Source: Candidatus Omnitrophota bacterium (lineage in GTDB: Bacteria > Ratteibacteria > UBA8468 > MWAK01). Taken from it: a stretch of 64,000 bases of DNA. Numbering within the stretch: the first letter of the stretch is position 1; the number at the start of each line of letters is the position of its first letter. A program made the translations under genes and the position numbers. The stretch spans positions 32,001 through 96,000 of the forward strand of contig JBDRQI010000002.1 in assembly GCA_043826355.1 (NCBI GenBank). The letters run 5' to 3'. The notes beneath the pieces were generated by a model. That model made no database searches. It saw nothing but the letters and a program-made list of their open reading frames with translations, and was not told the DNA's origin. This document shows positions 37,792-46,673 of this stretch, piece after piece.

Positions 37792-38572
37792 GTTTTTTCC
37801 GGCTGATGGCGACGCCGCGTTCAGAATTGGCGATAAACTTCAGAAGTAGGGTTATTTCCGGTGTGGTCGGAACGTCTGTTTTTATCTTCTCAACCGCGTG
37901 ATTGATACCAAGGCGGCTGCGTATCAGGAAATGGAAGGCCTTTTCCAGGGCGACAATAGATTCCGGGCTGAAATTATTTCTCTTCAGACCGATACGGTTG
38001 AGCCAGTAGATACGGGCCGGGTGTCCGTCGGCCAGACTGTAGGGTAGGATGTCCTGGCAGGCCTTGGAACAACCCCCGACGATGGCGAAGGAACCGACCC
38101 GGCAGAACTGATGGACTGCGGAGAGTCCGCCCAAAACGGCATTGTTTTCGATCGTAACGTGGCCGGCCAGGGTGGCATTATTGGCCAGGATCGTGTTATC
38201 GCCGACGCTGCAGTTGTGAGCGATATGGCTGTAAGCCATAATTAGATTGCCTGAGCCGATGGAGGTTTCCTCGCCTTCATCGGTGGCCGGGTTGATGGTT
38301 ACGTATTCCCGGATGGTATTTCGTTCGCCGATGCGGACAAAGGTCTTCTGGCCCCGGTACTTAAGGTCCTGGGGCGGGCTGCCGATAACTGCGCCGGTAA
38401 AGATGCGGCTGTTCCGTCCGATAGAAACGTGTCCGGTGATGACCGCGTGGGCGCCGATCTCAACACAATCGTCGAGCTTAACCACGCCGTCCAGGACCGC
38501 GCCGGGTCCGATAACGACATCCTTGCCTAACTCAACCTTCGGCCCTATAATTGCACTCGGGTCTATTTTCAT
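37784..38572 (-). CDS. lpxA: UDP-N-acetylglucosamine O-acyltransferase
   Basis: Hexapeptide repeats, PQDLKY, IREYVTI, HIAHNC, LAGHV, VHQFCRVG. Confidence 0.96.
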   Translation of the reverse strand: MKIDPSAIIGPKVELGKDVVIGPGAVLDGVVKLDDCVEIGAHAVITGHVSIGRNSRIFTGAVIGSPPQDLKYRGQKTFVRIGERNTIREYVTINPATDEGEETSIGSGNLIMAYSHIAHNCSVGDNTILANNATLAGHVTIENNAVLGGLSAVHQFCRVGSFAIVGGCSKACQDILPYSLADGHPARIYWLNRIGLKRNNFSPESIVALEKAFHFLIRSRLGINHAVEKIKTDVPTTPEITLLLKFIANSERGVAISRKKHE

Positions 38573-38582
38573 ACATTTTTGC

Positions 38583-38666
38583 TGTCATTGCGAGTCTGCG
38601 CAGGCAGGCGTGGCAATCTCGCTTTCTAAATGGGCCTGCCGCCCGATGCTTCCGCTCACAATGACA
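38583..38666. repeat. REP-like inverted pair (GTCATTGCGAG family)
   Basis: TGTCATTGCGAG..GTGGCAATCTC ... CTCACAATGACA. Confidence 0.7.
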
Positions 38667-38672
38667 CTTATT

Positions 38673-39599
38673 TTAACCTAAAACGGTGTTTTCCGTAAAG
38701 TGGATGCCGCGGATAAATTCTTCGGCGGGGAGACGCTTTTTACCGGCGGCCTGCAGTTCGGTAAGCAATAAAGCATCCTTACCGCAAGCCACCAGAACAC
38801 CATTTTTGTCTGCCTTGAGAAGAACCCCGGGTCTGGCCGGGGGAGACACGTTTTTGTTTACCGATTGGGCTTCATAGATAATGATTTCTCTATTGTTGTA
38901 AAAAGTATAGGCGCGGGGCCAGCGGACAAAAGCGCGTACCTTGGCCGCAATTTCCGCGGCGTCTTTATTCCAATCAATCAGGCCGTCTCCCTTACTGATT
39001 TTGGCGGCATAGGTTGCCGCGTTTTCCGCCTGAGGTGTTAGTGCGGCGGTTCCGTTCTCTACCTGTCTCAGGCTGTTTAGAGCCAGTTCCGCGCCGACTT
39101 CCGCCAGCCGTTGGCTTAAGGCAGGCGTATCTTCATCCGGCCGGATCTCTACTTTTTTTTGAGCCAGGATTGGTCCGGCGTCCATCCGCCGCGTCACGGC
39201 AATAATCGTTACACCGGTTTCTTGTTCCCGGTTCAGGATAGCATGTTCCACCGGTGCGGCTCCCCGGTATTTGGGCAGGAGAGAGGGATGAATGTTGAAA
39301 ACCCCTTTTCCCGGAATTTCTAAAACCGATTTTTTCAGCATCTGGCCGAACGCAGCCACCAGCATGATTTCCGGCCGGAATGACTTCAGTTTTGTGATTA
39401 TTTCCGGGTGATTGATGTCAGCGGTCTCAATTACCGGCAGGTTTAGTGAGCGGGCAAGGATTTTGGTTGGCGCGGGAAGTATTTTCAGGCCGCGGCCAGC
39501 CGGTTTGTCCGGCGCGGTAACTACACAGCAGACATCCGGCGCCAGTTTCTTCAGAGCCGGCAGGCCAAGTTCTCCGCTGCCGATAAATATTATGCGCAT
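38673..39599 (-). CDS. fmt: Methionyl-tRNA formyltransferase
   Basis: PDKPAGRG, NIHPSLLPKYRGAAP, MDAGPI, ATYAAKI. Confidence 0.96.
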   Translation of the reverse strand: MRIIFIGSGELGLPALKKLAPDVCCVVTAPDKPAGRGLKILPAPTKILARSLNLPVIETADINHPEIITKLKSFRPEIMLVAAFGQMLKKSVLEIPGKGVFNIHPSLLPKYRGAAPVEHAILNREQETGVTIIAVTRRMDAGPILAQKKVEIRPDEDTPALSQRLAEVGAELALNSLRQVENGTAALTPQAENAATYAAKISKGDGLIDWNKDAAEIAAKVRAFVRWPRAYTFYNNREIIIYEAQSVNKNVSPPARPGVLLKADKNGVLVACGKDALLLTELQAAGKKRLPAEEFIRGIHFTENTVLG

Positions 39600-40753
39600 T
39601 GTCTGCCCGCTACAATAGTTGCAAAGATCGAAAGGTCAGAATTTAAAATTACGATGTCGGCGTCTTTTCCAATCGCCAGGCTGCCTTTCCTTTTTTCAAT
39701 GCCCAGGGCCCGCGCCGGATTTTCAGTTACGGTTTTTATGGCTGTCTCAAGCGTGCAGCCGGTGAATTTTATCAGCCGTCCAATCATCTGATTTAAACCC
39801 AGCGTGGTGCCGACCAGGGTTCCTGGGGTTGCCTGCGGCAACCCCTCGCGTCGGCCGGTGCCGTCTTTTGACCGGTATTTGACGCCGTCGTAAAGATAGG
39901 TTCCGTCCGGAAGACCGGTTGAGGTCACGCCGTCTGAAATTGTTACAAAACGAGAATCGCCCAGGAGATTTAAGGTGAATCGGACGATTTCCGGATGGAG
40001 ATGAACCCCGTCGGTAATGACCTGGCAGGTTACGTTTTTGTTTTCAAAGATGGCCGGGAGCGGACCCGGGAACCGGTGGTGAATCGGCGGCATGGCGTTA
40101 AAAAGATGGGTCACGTGGGAAATGCCGGCCTCAATTCCCTTTAGGGTCGCCTCATAGGAAGCGCTGGAATGTCCAAAAGAAGCGATTGCGCCGGAATCAA
40201 CTAATTTTCGGATTATTGGCAAACTACCCGGCAATTCCGGAGCGATAGCCATCATTTTAAGGGTTTTGCCGGTCAGGCCGTATATCTTCCGCAAAATATT
40301 CAGCGACGGTTTGCAGATGGAATCCATTAAAATCCCGCCCTTCTTCTCCGGGGAGACAAACGGACCTTCCAGGTGAATTCCCAACAGATTGGCGCCTCCT
40401 AAATCTTTTCCGGTGTTTTCCGACGCTACGGTGACCGGAAGGTTTTCGGCGCCGGGTTTAAAGACGGTGGTAGCCAGGAAACTGGTTGTGCCAAGCCGGG
40501 CAAGAGTCCGTGAGATGGTTTCCAGCGCGTTTCGGTTGGCGTCCAGAATGCTTGCGCCGCCCGCGCCCTGGATGTGTACCTCGATAAAACCGGGCGCAAC
40601 GATGCGTCCGGCCGCATCCAGGACTTGGCAATTTTCACCAACGGTCTTAATCTTTCCGATGCGGACGATGGTCTTGCCGCGCATCAAAATAGCGGCGTTT
40701 TCTTTTTTCGGGGAGTTGAAAAGGCGTCCGTTTTTAATCAGGAGATAGTCCAT
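39590..40753 (-). CDS. nagA: N-acetylglucosamine-6-phosphate deacetylase
   Basis: PGFIEVHIQG, GIHLEGPF, APE, GHS, THLFNAM, DGVHLHP, NPA. Confidence 0.9.
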   Translation of the reverse strand: MDYLLIKNGRLFNSPKKENAAILMRGKTIVRIGKIKTVGENCQVLDAAGRIVAPGFIEVHIQGAGGASILDANRNALETISRTLARLGTTSFLATTVFKPGAENLPVTVASENTGKDLGGANLLGIHLEGPFVSPEKKGGILMDSICKPSLNILRKIYGLTGKTLKMMAIAPELPGSLPIIRKLVDSGAIASFGHSSASYEATLKGIEAGISHVTHLFNAMPPIHHRFPGPLPAIFENKNVTCQVITDGVHLHPEIVRFTLNLLGDSRFVTISDGVTSTGLPDGTYLYDGVKYRSKDGTGRREGLPQATPGTLVGTTLGLNQMIGRLIKFTGCTLETAIKTVTENPARALGIEKRKGSLAIGKDADIVILNSDLSIFATIVAGRQCA

Positions 40754-40846
40754 TCCATCCTTTCGTAGTTCTTAATTTTAACGCTTTTTCCGCAACCAGT
40801 CAAAATTTTGACTTTTTGCTCCATTTGCTAATATAATTTATAACGT

Positions 40847-41857
40847 ATGGCTCAGGATAACAAAACAACGGAAACGAAGCAGGTGAAAAAAGACGGTTGG
40901 ATTGCCTACCGGCCCCAGATAAAGCTGGTGGACTGCACCGTCCGGGACGGCGGCTTGATGAACGACCACGCCTTTGACGATAATACAATCAAAGCCGTTT
41001 ATGAAACCTGCGTCGAAGCCGGCATCGATTATATGGAGCTTGGATATAAGTCGTCCAAAAAAATTTACGCACCCGACCAATTCGGCTGTTGGAAGCATTG
41101 CGACGAAGACGATATTCGCCGTATCGTGGCCGACAATCCCACTCCGCTTAAACTGGCGGCGATGGCCGATGCGGAGCGCACCGACTACCACGAAGATATC
41201 CTGCCGGCAGAAAAGAGCGTCCTGGATATGATTCGCGTTGCCACTTACATCCACCAGATACCGGAAGCGCTGGACATGATAGCGGATGCCCACGACAAAG
41301 GATACGAAACCACCGTAAACCTCATGGCTGTTTCCACGGTCCAGGAAAAAGAACTTAACGATGCCCTGGAATTGCTGGCTGCTTCCGAGGTCCAGGTGGT
41401 TTACCTGGTTGATAGTTTCGGTGCATTTTACAGCGAACAGATAAGGGATCTGGTGCATAAATATTTAGGCTACGCCAGGCCGGTCGGTAAAGAAATCGGT
41501 ATCCATACTCACAACAACCAGCAGTTGGCTTACGCTAATACGGTTGAAGCGCTGATAAACGGGGCGAATTATCTGGATGCCAGTCTGGCCGGGCTGGGCC
41601 GGGGCGCCGGCAACTGCCAGATGGAACTGCTGCTAAGTTTTTTGCATAACCCCAAGTTCAATCTCCGGCCGGTGCTTAAGTGCATCCAGGACCATATTGA
41701 ACCGATGCGGGAAAAATTGCGCTGGGGTTTTGATATCCCTTACATGATTACCGGCCATCTGAACCAGCACCCCAGGTCTGCGATGAAGTTTATGGCAGAC
41801 GACAGCAACCGCAAAAATGTAGTGGCTTTTTTTGACTCCATGCTTGAAGAAGAGTAA
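40847..41857 (+). CDS. HMGL-like (DRE-TIM) aldolase/lyase family protein
   Basis: DCTVRDGG, YLVDSFG, IGIHTHNNQQLAYAN, GLGRGAGNC. Confidence 0.85.
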   Translation: MAQDNKTTETKQVKKDGWIAYRPQIKLVDCTVRDGGLMNDHAFDDNTIKAVYETCVEAGIDYMELGYKSSKKIYAPDQFGCWKHCDEDDIRRIVADNPTPLKLAAMADAERTDYHEDILPAEKSVLDMIRVATYIHQIPEALDMIADAHDKGYETTVNLMAVSTVQEKELNDALELLAASEVQVVYLVDSFGAFYSEQIRDLVHKYLGYARPVGKEIGIHTHNNQQLAYANTVEALINGANYLDASLAGLGRGAGNCQMELLLSFLHNPKFNLRPVLKCIQDHIEPMREKLRWGFDIPYMITGHLNQHPRSAMKFMADDSNRKNVVAFFDSMLEEE

Positions 41858-41858
41858 T

Positions 41859-41887
41859 CCAGACATCAGACGCCAGACTCCAGACCC
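41859..41887. repeat. Short tandem heptamer repeat
   Basis: CCAGACA TCAGACG CCAGACT CCAGACC. Confidence 0.55.
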
Positions 41888-41927
41888 CAAATATTGGAAA
41901 AGAACCTTGCCCCCCGTCCGTGACCGC

Positions 41928-43367
41928 ATGAAAAACGACACTATCTGCGCCATATCCACTCCGCCGGGCCGCAGCGGCATTGGAATTGTCCGGCTCTCCG
42001 GACCAAAAACCTACCGCATCCTGGAGCGGCTTTTCCGGGGGAAAAAAGGCCAACCGGTAAAATTAACACAACTCCCGTCCCATACGGTCAAATACGGCTT
42101 TATCCGGGAGGGTATTCAAACCCGGGACGAGGTTCTCCTGACGGTGATGAAGGGCCCCAGAAGTTACACCCGGGAGGATATGGCGGAAATCGGATGTCAC
42201 GGAGGCTCGGTCCCGCTTAAGGGAGTTTTAAGGGCGCTTATTTCGGCTGGCTGCCGGTTGGCTGAACCGGGCGAGTTTACCAGGCGGGCTTTTCTTTCCG
42301 GCCGGATAGACCTGGCCCAGGCCGAAGCGGTGTTAGCGGCCGTTAACAGCCGGACCGAAACCGGACTCTGCGCCGCCTTAGACCAGTTGCAGGGCCGGCT
42401 TTCCCGGAAGGTTGCGGAATTGGAAGAGGATGTTATTGGTCTTTTAGCAGAAGTAGAAGCCGGGATTGAATTTCCGGAAGATGGCTTGCCGAAGGGAAGC
42501 GCAAGTTCTTACCAGAAAAGAATATCCGAAATCTGCCGGAAAACAAGTGAATTTATCTCCGGTGCCGAAGAAGGTAAAATTCTGGAAGAAGGTTTCAAGG
42601 TGGCGATTCTGGGCCGGCCGAACGTCGGGAAGAGCAGTTTGCTGAATATCCTCCTGGCGGAAGAACGGGCGATCGTGACCGATGTTCCCGGCACCACCCG
42701 CGACGAAATATCGGAAATGGTCAATGTGTCCGGCTGGCCGCTGAAGATTATTGACACCGCCGGCATCCGGCAGCCCAAAGACAAGATTGAAGAAGCCGGC
42801 GTTTCCCGCAGCCGGGCCTGGATAAAAGCTGCGGAACTGATTTTGCTTGTTCTGGACCGGAGCAAGCCGCTTCAACCGGAAGACCGAAAGTTACTGGCTG
42901 AGGTCAATCCGGAAAAGACGATCCTGGTAATTAACAAGACCGACCTGCCGGATAAGTTATTCTCCTTCCCGCGCCCTTCCCGCCAGGGGAGGGGTTTCCA
43001 AAATAAATTCCTCCCCCCCGGAGGGGGAGGTGAGGTGGGGGGGAGGTTCGCTCACGTAAAAATTTCTGCCCTCAAGGGTTGGGGCATTGAGGAATTGGAA
43101 AAGACAATAGCCGGTTTCATTCAGGAGGGAAGAGTGTTCAGCGGAGGCGAAGACCCGGTTTTTTTGGCCCTGGAACAGGAAACCGCCTTGAAAAATGCGT
43201 TTGAATATTTACAGAAATCAGCCGTAACTTTGGAGGAACGTCTGCCGCTGGAATTTGTGGCTGCGGACTTAAATCGAGCCGCCAAACACCTCGGCCGTCT
43301 TTCCGGTCGTCAGGTAAGTGCCGAAATCCTGGACCAGATCTTCTCCCGCTTCTGCCTCGGGAAATAG
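41928..43367 (+). CDS. mnmE: tRNA modification GTPase MnmE
   Basis: DTICAISTPPG, GRPNVGKSSLLN, GTTRD, DTAGIR, NKTD, terminal FCLGK. Confidence 0.97.
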   Translation: MKNDTICAISTPPGRSGIGIVRLSGPKTYRILERLFRGKKGQPVKLTQLPSHTVKYGFIREGIQTRDEVLLTVMKGPRSYTREDMAEIGCHGGSVPLKGVLRALISAGCRLAEPGEFTRRAFLSGRIDLAQAEAVLAAVNSRTETGLCAALDQLQGRLSRKVAELEEDVIGLLAEVEAGIEFPEDGLPKGSASSYQKRISEICRKTSEFISGAEEGKILEEGFKVAILGRPNVGKSSLLNILLAEERAIVTDVPGTTRDEISEMVNVSGWPLKIIDTAGIRQPKDKIEEAGVSRSRAWIKAAELILLVLDRSKPLQPEDRKLLAEVNPEKTILVINKTDLPDKLFSFPRPSRQGRGFQNKFLPPGGGGEVGGRFAHVKISALKGWGIEELEKTIAGFIQEGRVFSGGEDPVFLALEQETALKNAFEYLQKSAVTLEERLPLEFVAADLNRAAKHLGRLSGRQVSAEILDQIFSRFCLGK

Positions 43368-43413
43368 ATGCTGCTTCAGGTATTTTCTTAGTTTTTCACA
43401 ACCAGCCAAGCGA

Positions 43414-43579
43414 GGGTGTTTGGTCTGCAAAATTTCACGGAGCGTCAGGAACAAGACAAGCAATACGAGTGAATAAGTATCCGGGGTCCGCCAGAATTAT
43501 GGCGGAAACACGGAGAGTCTCGTTCACGAGTTGCGTATGTCTTGTCTGACGCGCAGGGTGTTTAGCAGACCAAACACCC
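43414..43579. mobile_element. MITE-like foldback element
   Basis: Perfect 15-bp TIR GGGTGTTTGGTCTGC/GCAGACCAAACACCC with further internal complementarity. Confidence 0.65.
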
Positions 43580-43585
43580 GAACGC

Positions 43586-45238
43586 TTAATTTTCACCTTC
43601 CGTCTCGTAGGTGGAATAAAAATAAGGAGTATGCGCCTCAAATTCCGCCCCGCAGGTGTCTACCTGCTTGAATGAAGGCAGAATGTTCTTTTCCTGGCGC
43701 AGTTTGCGGATAAAGTTTTCATCTGTCTTTAAAAGGCGGGCTAATTGAATATCCGAAAAACCATATTGCTTGGCTTTGCGCAATAAATCAGTTGGGATAT
43801 TCTTTTTTCGGTGATAGCGGGTAATCTCTTTTTCCAAGTCAACAATTTGTTGAATGTTGGATAAAAACCATTTATCTATTTTGGACAAACCATAAATTTC
43901 ATCTACACTCACGCCATTTTGCAGGGCATATTTTATAAAAAAGATTCTCTCCGGGGCGGGAATCCTCAGACCTGCTTGAATTTTTTCCGCATCCGGGTCT
44001 TCAAACTTCTTGTCCAATCCGGCGACGCCTATTTCCAAAGACCGGAGCGCTTTTTGAAGGGCTTCCTTAAAAGTGCGGCCAATCCCCATAACCTCGCCTA
44101 CCGACTTCATTGATATGGTCAATACGGAATTTGCCGCCGGGAATTTTTCAAAGGTGAATCGGGGAATTTTAACCACGCAGTAATCGATGGTCGGTTCAAA
44201 ATAAGCCGGTGTTTTTTGGGTGATATCGTTAGGTATTTCATCCAACGTATATCCTACGGCGAGTTTGGCCGCTATCTTGGCAATCGGAAAGCCGGTTACT
44301 TTGGAAGCCAGGGCCGAACTTCGGGATACGCGGGGGTTCATTTCAATGACTACCATTCGTCCGGTATCAGGATTGACCGCAAACTGGATGTTGGAACCGC
44401 CCGTCTCCACCCCGATTTCCCTGATTATTTTTAGGGACGCATTGCGCATCGCCTGGTATTCTTTGTCGGTAAGAGTTTGGGCCGGCGCAACGGTTATGCT
44501 GTCTCCCGTGTGAACACCCATGGGGTCAAAATTTTCAATCGAACAGATGACAATCACGTTGTCTTTGAGGTCGCGCATAACTTCCAGTTCAAATTCTTTC
44601 CAGCCCAGCACGGATTCTTCAACCAGTATTTCGTGAATCGGGCTGATTTTTAGACCCTGTCCGGCAATTTCTTCGAATTCGGCAATATTATAGGCCACCC
44701 CGCCGCCCGTCCCGCCTAAAGTGAAACTGGGCCGGATAATTACCGGAAAACTGATCGTTTCCGCAACTGTACGCGCTTCTTTTAAGTTATGGGCCCGGCC
44801 GCTTTGCGGTATATCCAAACCGGTCTTTTTTATCGCCTCTTTAAATAAATCCCGGTCTTCAGCTTTCTTAATTGCTCCGTATTGTGCGCCAATCATCTCT
44901 ACGTTGTTTTTATCCAGGATGCCTTGTTCGTATAATTCTACCGCTAAATTGAGCGCGGTCTGCCCGCCCAGGGTGGGCAGTAAAGCATCCGGCTTTTCTT
45001 TTTCGATAATTTTCCGCACAATATCCGCGGTAATTGGTTCAATGTAGGTAGCGTCAGCTGTTTCCGGGTCGGTCATGATGGTGGCCGGATTGCTGTTTAC
45101 CAGCACAACCGTGAACCCTTCCGCCCTCAGGGTTTTACAGGCCTGGGTCCCCGAATAGTCAAACTCGCAGGCCTGACCGATGATAATCGGGCCGGAGCCA
45201 ATAATCAGTATTTTTTTAATGTCCGTTCGCTTAGGCAT
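43586..45238 (-). CDS. carB: Carbamoyl-phosphate synthase large subunit, N-terminal half only (550 aa)
   Basis: [30 protein letters not shown]; ends ..[14 protein letters not shown] at the inter-domain junction. Confidence 0.93.
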   Translation of the reverse strand: MPKRTDIKKILIIGSGPIIIGQACEFDYSGTQACKTLRAEGFTVVLVNSNPATIMTDPETADATYIEPITADIVRKIIEKEKPDALLPTLGGQTALNLAVELYEQGILDKNNVEMIGAQYGAIKKAEDRDLFKEAIKKTGLDIPQSGRAHNLKEARTVAETISFPVIIRPSFTLGGTGGGVAYNIAEFEEIAGQGLKISPIHEILVEESVLGWKEFELEVMRDLKDNVIVICSIENFDPMGVHTGDSITVAPAQTLTDKEYQAMRNASLKIIREIGVETGGSNIQFAVNPDTGRMVVIEMNPRVSRSSALASKVTGFPIAKIAAKLAVGYTLDEIPNDITQKTPAYFEPTIDYCVVKIPRFTFEKFPAANSVLTISMKSVGEVMGIGRTFKEALQKALRSLEIGVAGLDKKFEDPDAEKIQAGLRIPAPERIFFIKYALQNGVSVDEIYGLSKIDKWFLSNIQQIVDLEKEITRYHRKKNIPTDLLRKAKQYGFSDIQLARLLKTDENFIRKLRQEKNILPSFKQVDTCGAEFEAHTPYFYSTYETEGEN

Positions 45239-45247
45239 TTTTTATGT

Positions 45248-45394
45248 TCCGTTCAGACAGATTTTTTCATCGGGACGCTTGATTTCCCCAGCGAGGAAAT
45301 CTACGCTCGACGCAGCTCGTTGCTCGTCCGCCTCTGGCGGACACCGTGCCCGCAACTCGCTCCGCACGCCCGCTGAAAGAATTATCTGAACGGA
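45248..45394. mobile_element. MITE-like element between carA and carB
   Basis: Imperfect TIRs of about 27 bp TCCGTTCAGACAGATTTTTTCATCGGG / CCCGCTGAAAGAATTATCTGAACGGA; internal TCCGCCTCTGGCGGA hairpin. Confidence 0.6.
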
Positions 45395-45408
45395 TATTTT
45401 TTCTGGTT

Positions 45409-46500
45409 TTATTGATTTTGTATCAGTTTTACAAAGTTGTCAAAAAGATAATTGGTATCTTGCGGTCCGGGTGACGCTTCCGGATGGAACTGAACCGAGA
45501 ATACGGGCAGTTTCCGGTGCCGCATCCCTTCCAGGGTCTGGTCGTTTAGATTAATATGAGTAATCTCAATATCATTTTTGTTCAAAGAATCAATGTCGAT
45601 GCAGAAACTGTGGTTCTGAACAGTTATCGCCAACTTTCCGGTCTTTAAATCTTTTACCGGATGATTTCCGCCGTGATGACCAAACTTCAGTTTGTAAGTT
45701 TTTCCGCCAAAAGATAATCCCAGAATCTGATGTCCCAGGCAAATTCCGAAGATGGGAAATTTGCCCAGCAATTGTTTTACGGTTTCGACAACATACGGCG
45801 CTTCGGCCGGGTCTCCCGGACCGTTGGAAATCAACACGCCATCCGGTTTAAATTCTAATATTTCACGGGCGGCTGTCCGCGCCGGAACAACCTTTACCCG
45901 GCATTCACGGGCAGCCAATTCGCGCAGGATATTATATTTGACTCCACAATCAATAACTATTACTTTGTATTTCCCTTTTTTATTCCAATTATAATATTTT
46001 GCAGAAGTAACTTCTTTTACCAGGTCCTGACCAGTCAAGCCCGGAGAACTTTTTGCTTTCTTTATTAAATTTTTTCGCTCGAAATTTTCGGTAGATATAA
46101 TTGCTTTCATAGACCCGGCGATGCGAATGTGTTTGGTTAATGCCCTGGTGTCAACTCCTTCCAGTCCGATAATGCCGTGTTCTCCAAGGAAATCGCCCAG
46201 ACTCTTCTCCGCCCGCCAGTTGCTCGCGATGCGGCTGTATTCTTTAACGATAAACCCCTCGGCGCGGGGTTTGAGGGACTCGAAATCTCCTTCATTTACT
46301 CCGTAATTTCCAATCAAGGGATAGGTCATAATGACTATCTGGCCTTTGTAGGAAGGGTCGGTGATAATTTCCTGGTAACCCGTCATGCTGGTATTGAATA
46401 CTACCTCGCCCGCCCTCTCCCCGGAGGCGCCAAAAGCGGTGCCTTCAAAAATTGTACCGTCTTCCAGGGCGATTATTCCCCTCCCTTTTTTTATATCCAT
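45409..46500 (-). CDS. carA: Carbamoyl-phosphate synthase small subunit
   Basis: GEVVFNTSMTGYQE, SNGPGDP, GICLGHQ, QNH, VQFHPEASPGP. Confidence 0.97.
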   Translation of the reverse strand: MDIKKGRGIIALEDGTIFEGTAFGASGERAGEVVFNTSMTGYQEIITDPSYKGQIVIMTYPLIGNYGVNEGDFESLKPRAEGFIVKEYSRIASNWRAEKSLGDFLGEHGIIGLEGVDTRALTKHIRIAGSMKAIISTENFERKNLIKKAKSSPGLTGQDLVKEVTSAKYYNWNKKGKYKVIVIDCGVKYNILRELAARECRVKVVPARTAAREILEFKPDGVLISNGPGDPAEAPYVVETVKQLLGKFPIFGICLGHQILGLSFGGKTYKLKFGHHGGNHPVKDLKTGKLAITVQNHSFCIDIDSLNKNDIEITHINLNDQTLEGMRHRKLPVFSVQFHPEASPGPQDTNYLFDNFVKLIQNQ

Positions 46501-46549
46501 ATCTTCCCTCAGGGTTAACTTTATTTAAGAGACAGACCCTTATAGCCAT

Positions 46550-46600
46550 AAAAAAAACCCCCAAAAGCAACGCTGCTTCTGGAGGCTACGCTGCCTCTCT
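46550..46600 (-). promoter_or_regulatory. carA leader: dual-hairpin ANTAR-type motif overlapping an intrinsic terminator
   Basis: Minus strand GAGGC-AGCGTA-GCCTC CA GAAGC-AGCGTT-GCTTT TGGGGG followed by a T-run. Confidence 0.7.
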
Positions 46601-46609
46601 TTAACAGGA

Positions 46610-46639
46610 ATTGTATCACCTTACGGTAAGTAAAATCAA
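46610..46639 (-). promoter_or_regulatory. Sigma70 promoter for carA
   Basis: Minus strand TTGATT-18nt-TACAAT with extended TG, immediately upstream of the leader hairpins. Confidence 0.55.
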
Positions 46640-46673
46640 ATTTTCGGGCAGCGCGTGGTATAATTTAGCGCGT

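Noticed and set aside
41859..41887. Tandem repeat as CRISPR-like array
   Set aside because: Four 7-nt units without spacers; no cas genes
46550..46610. PyrR-binding loop in the carA leader
   Set aside because: No good match to the ARUCCNGNGAGGYU consensus within the predicted transcript; the dual hexaloop model fits better
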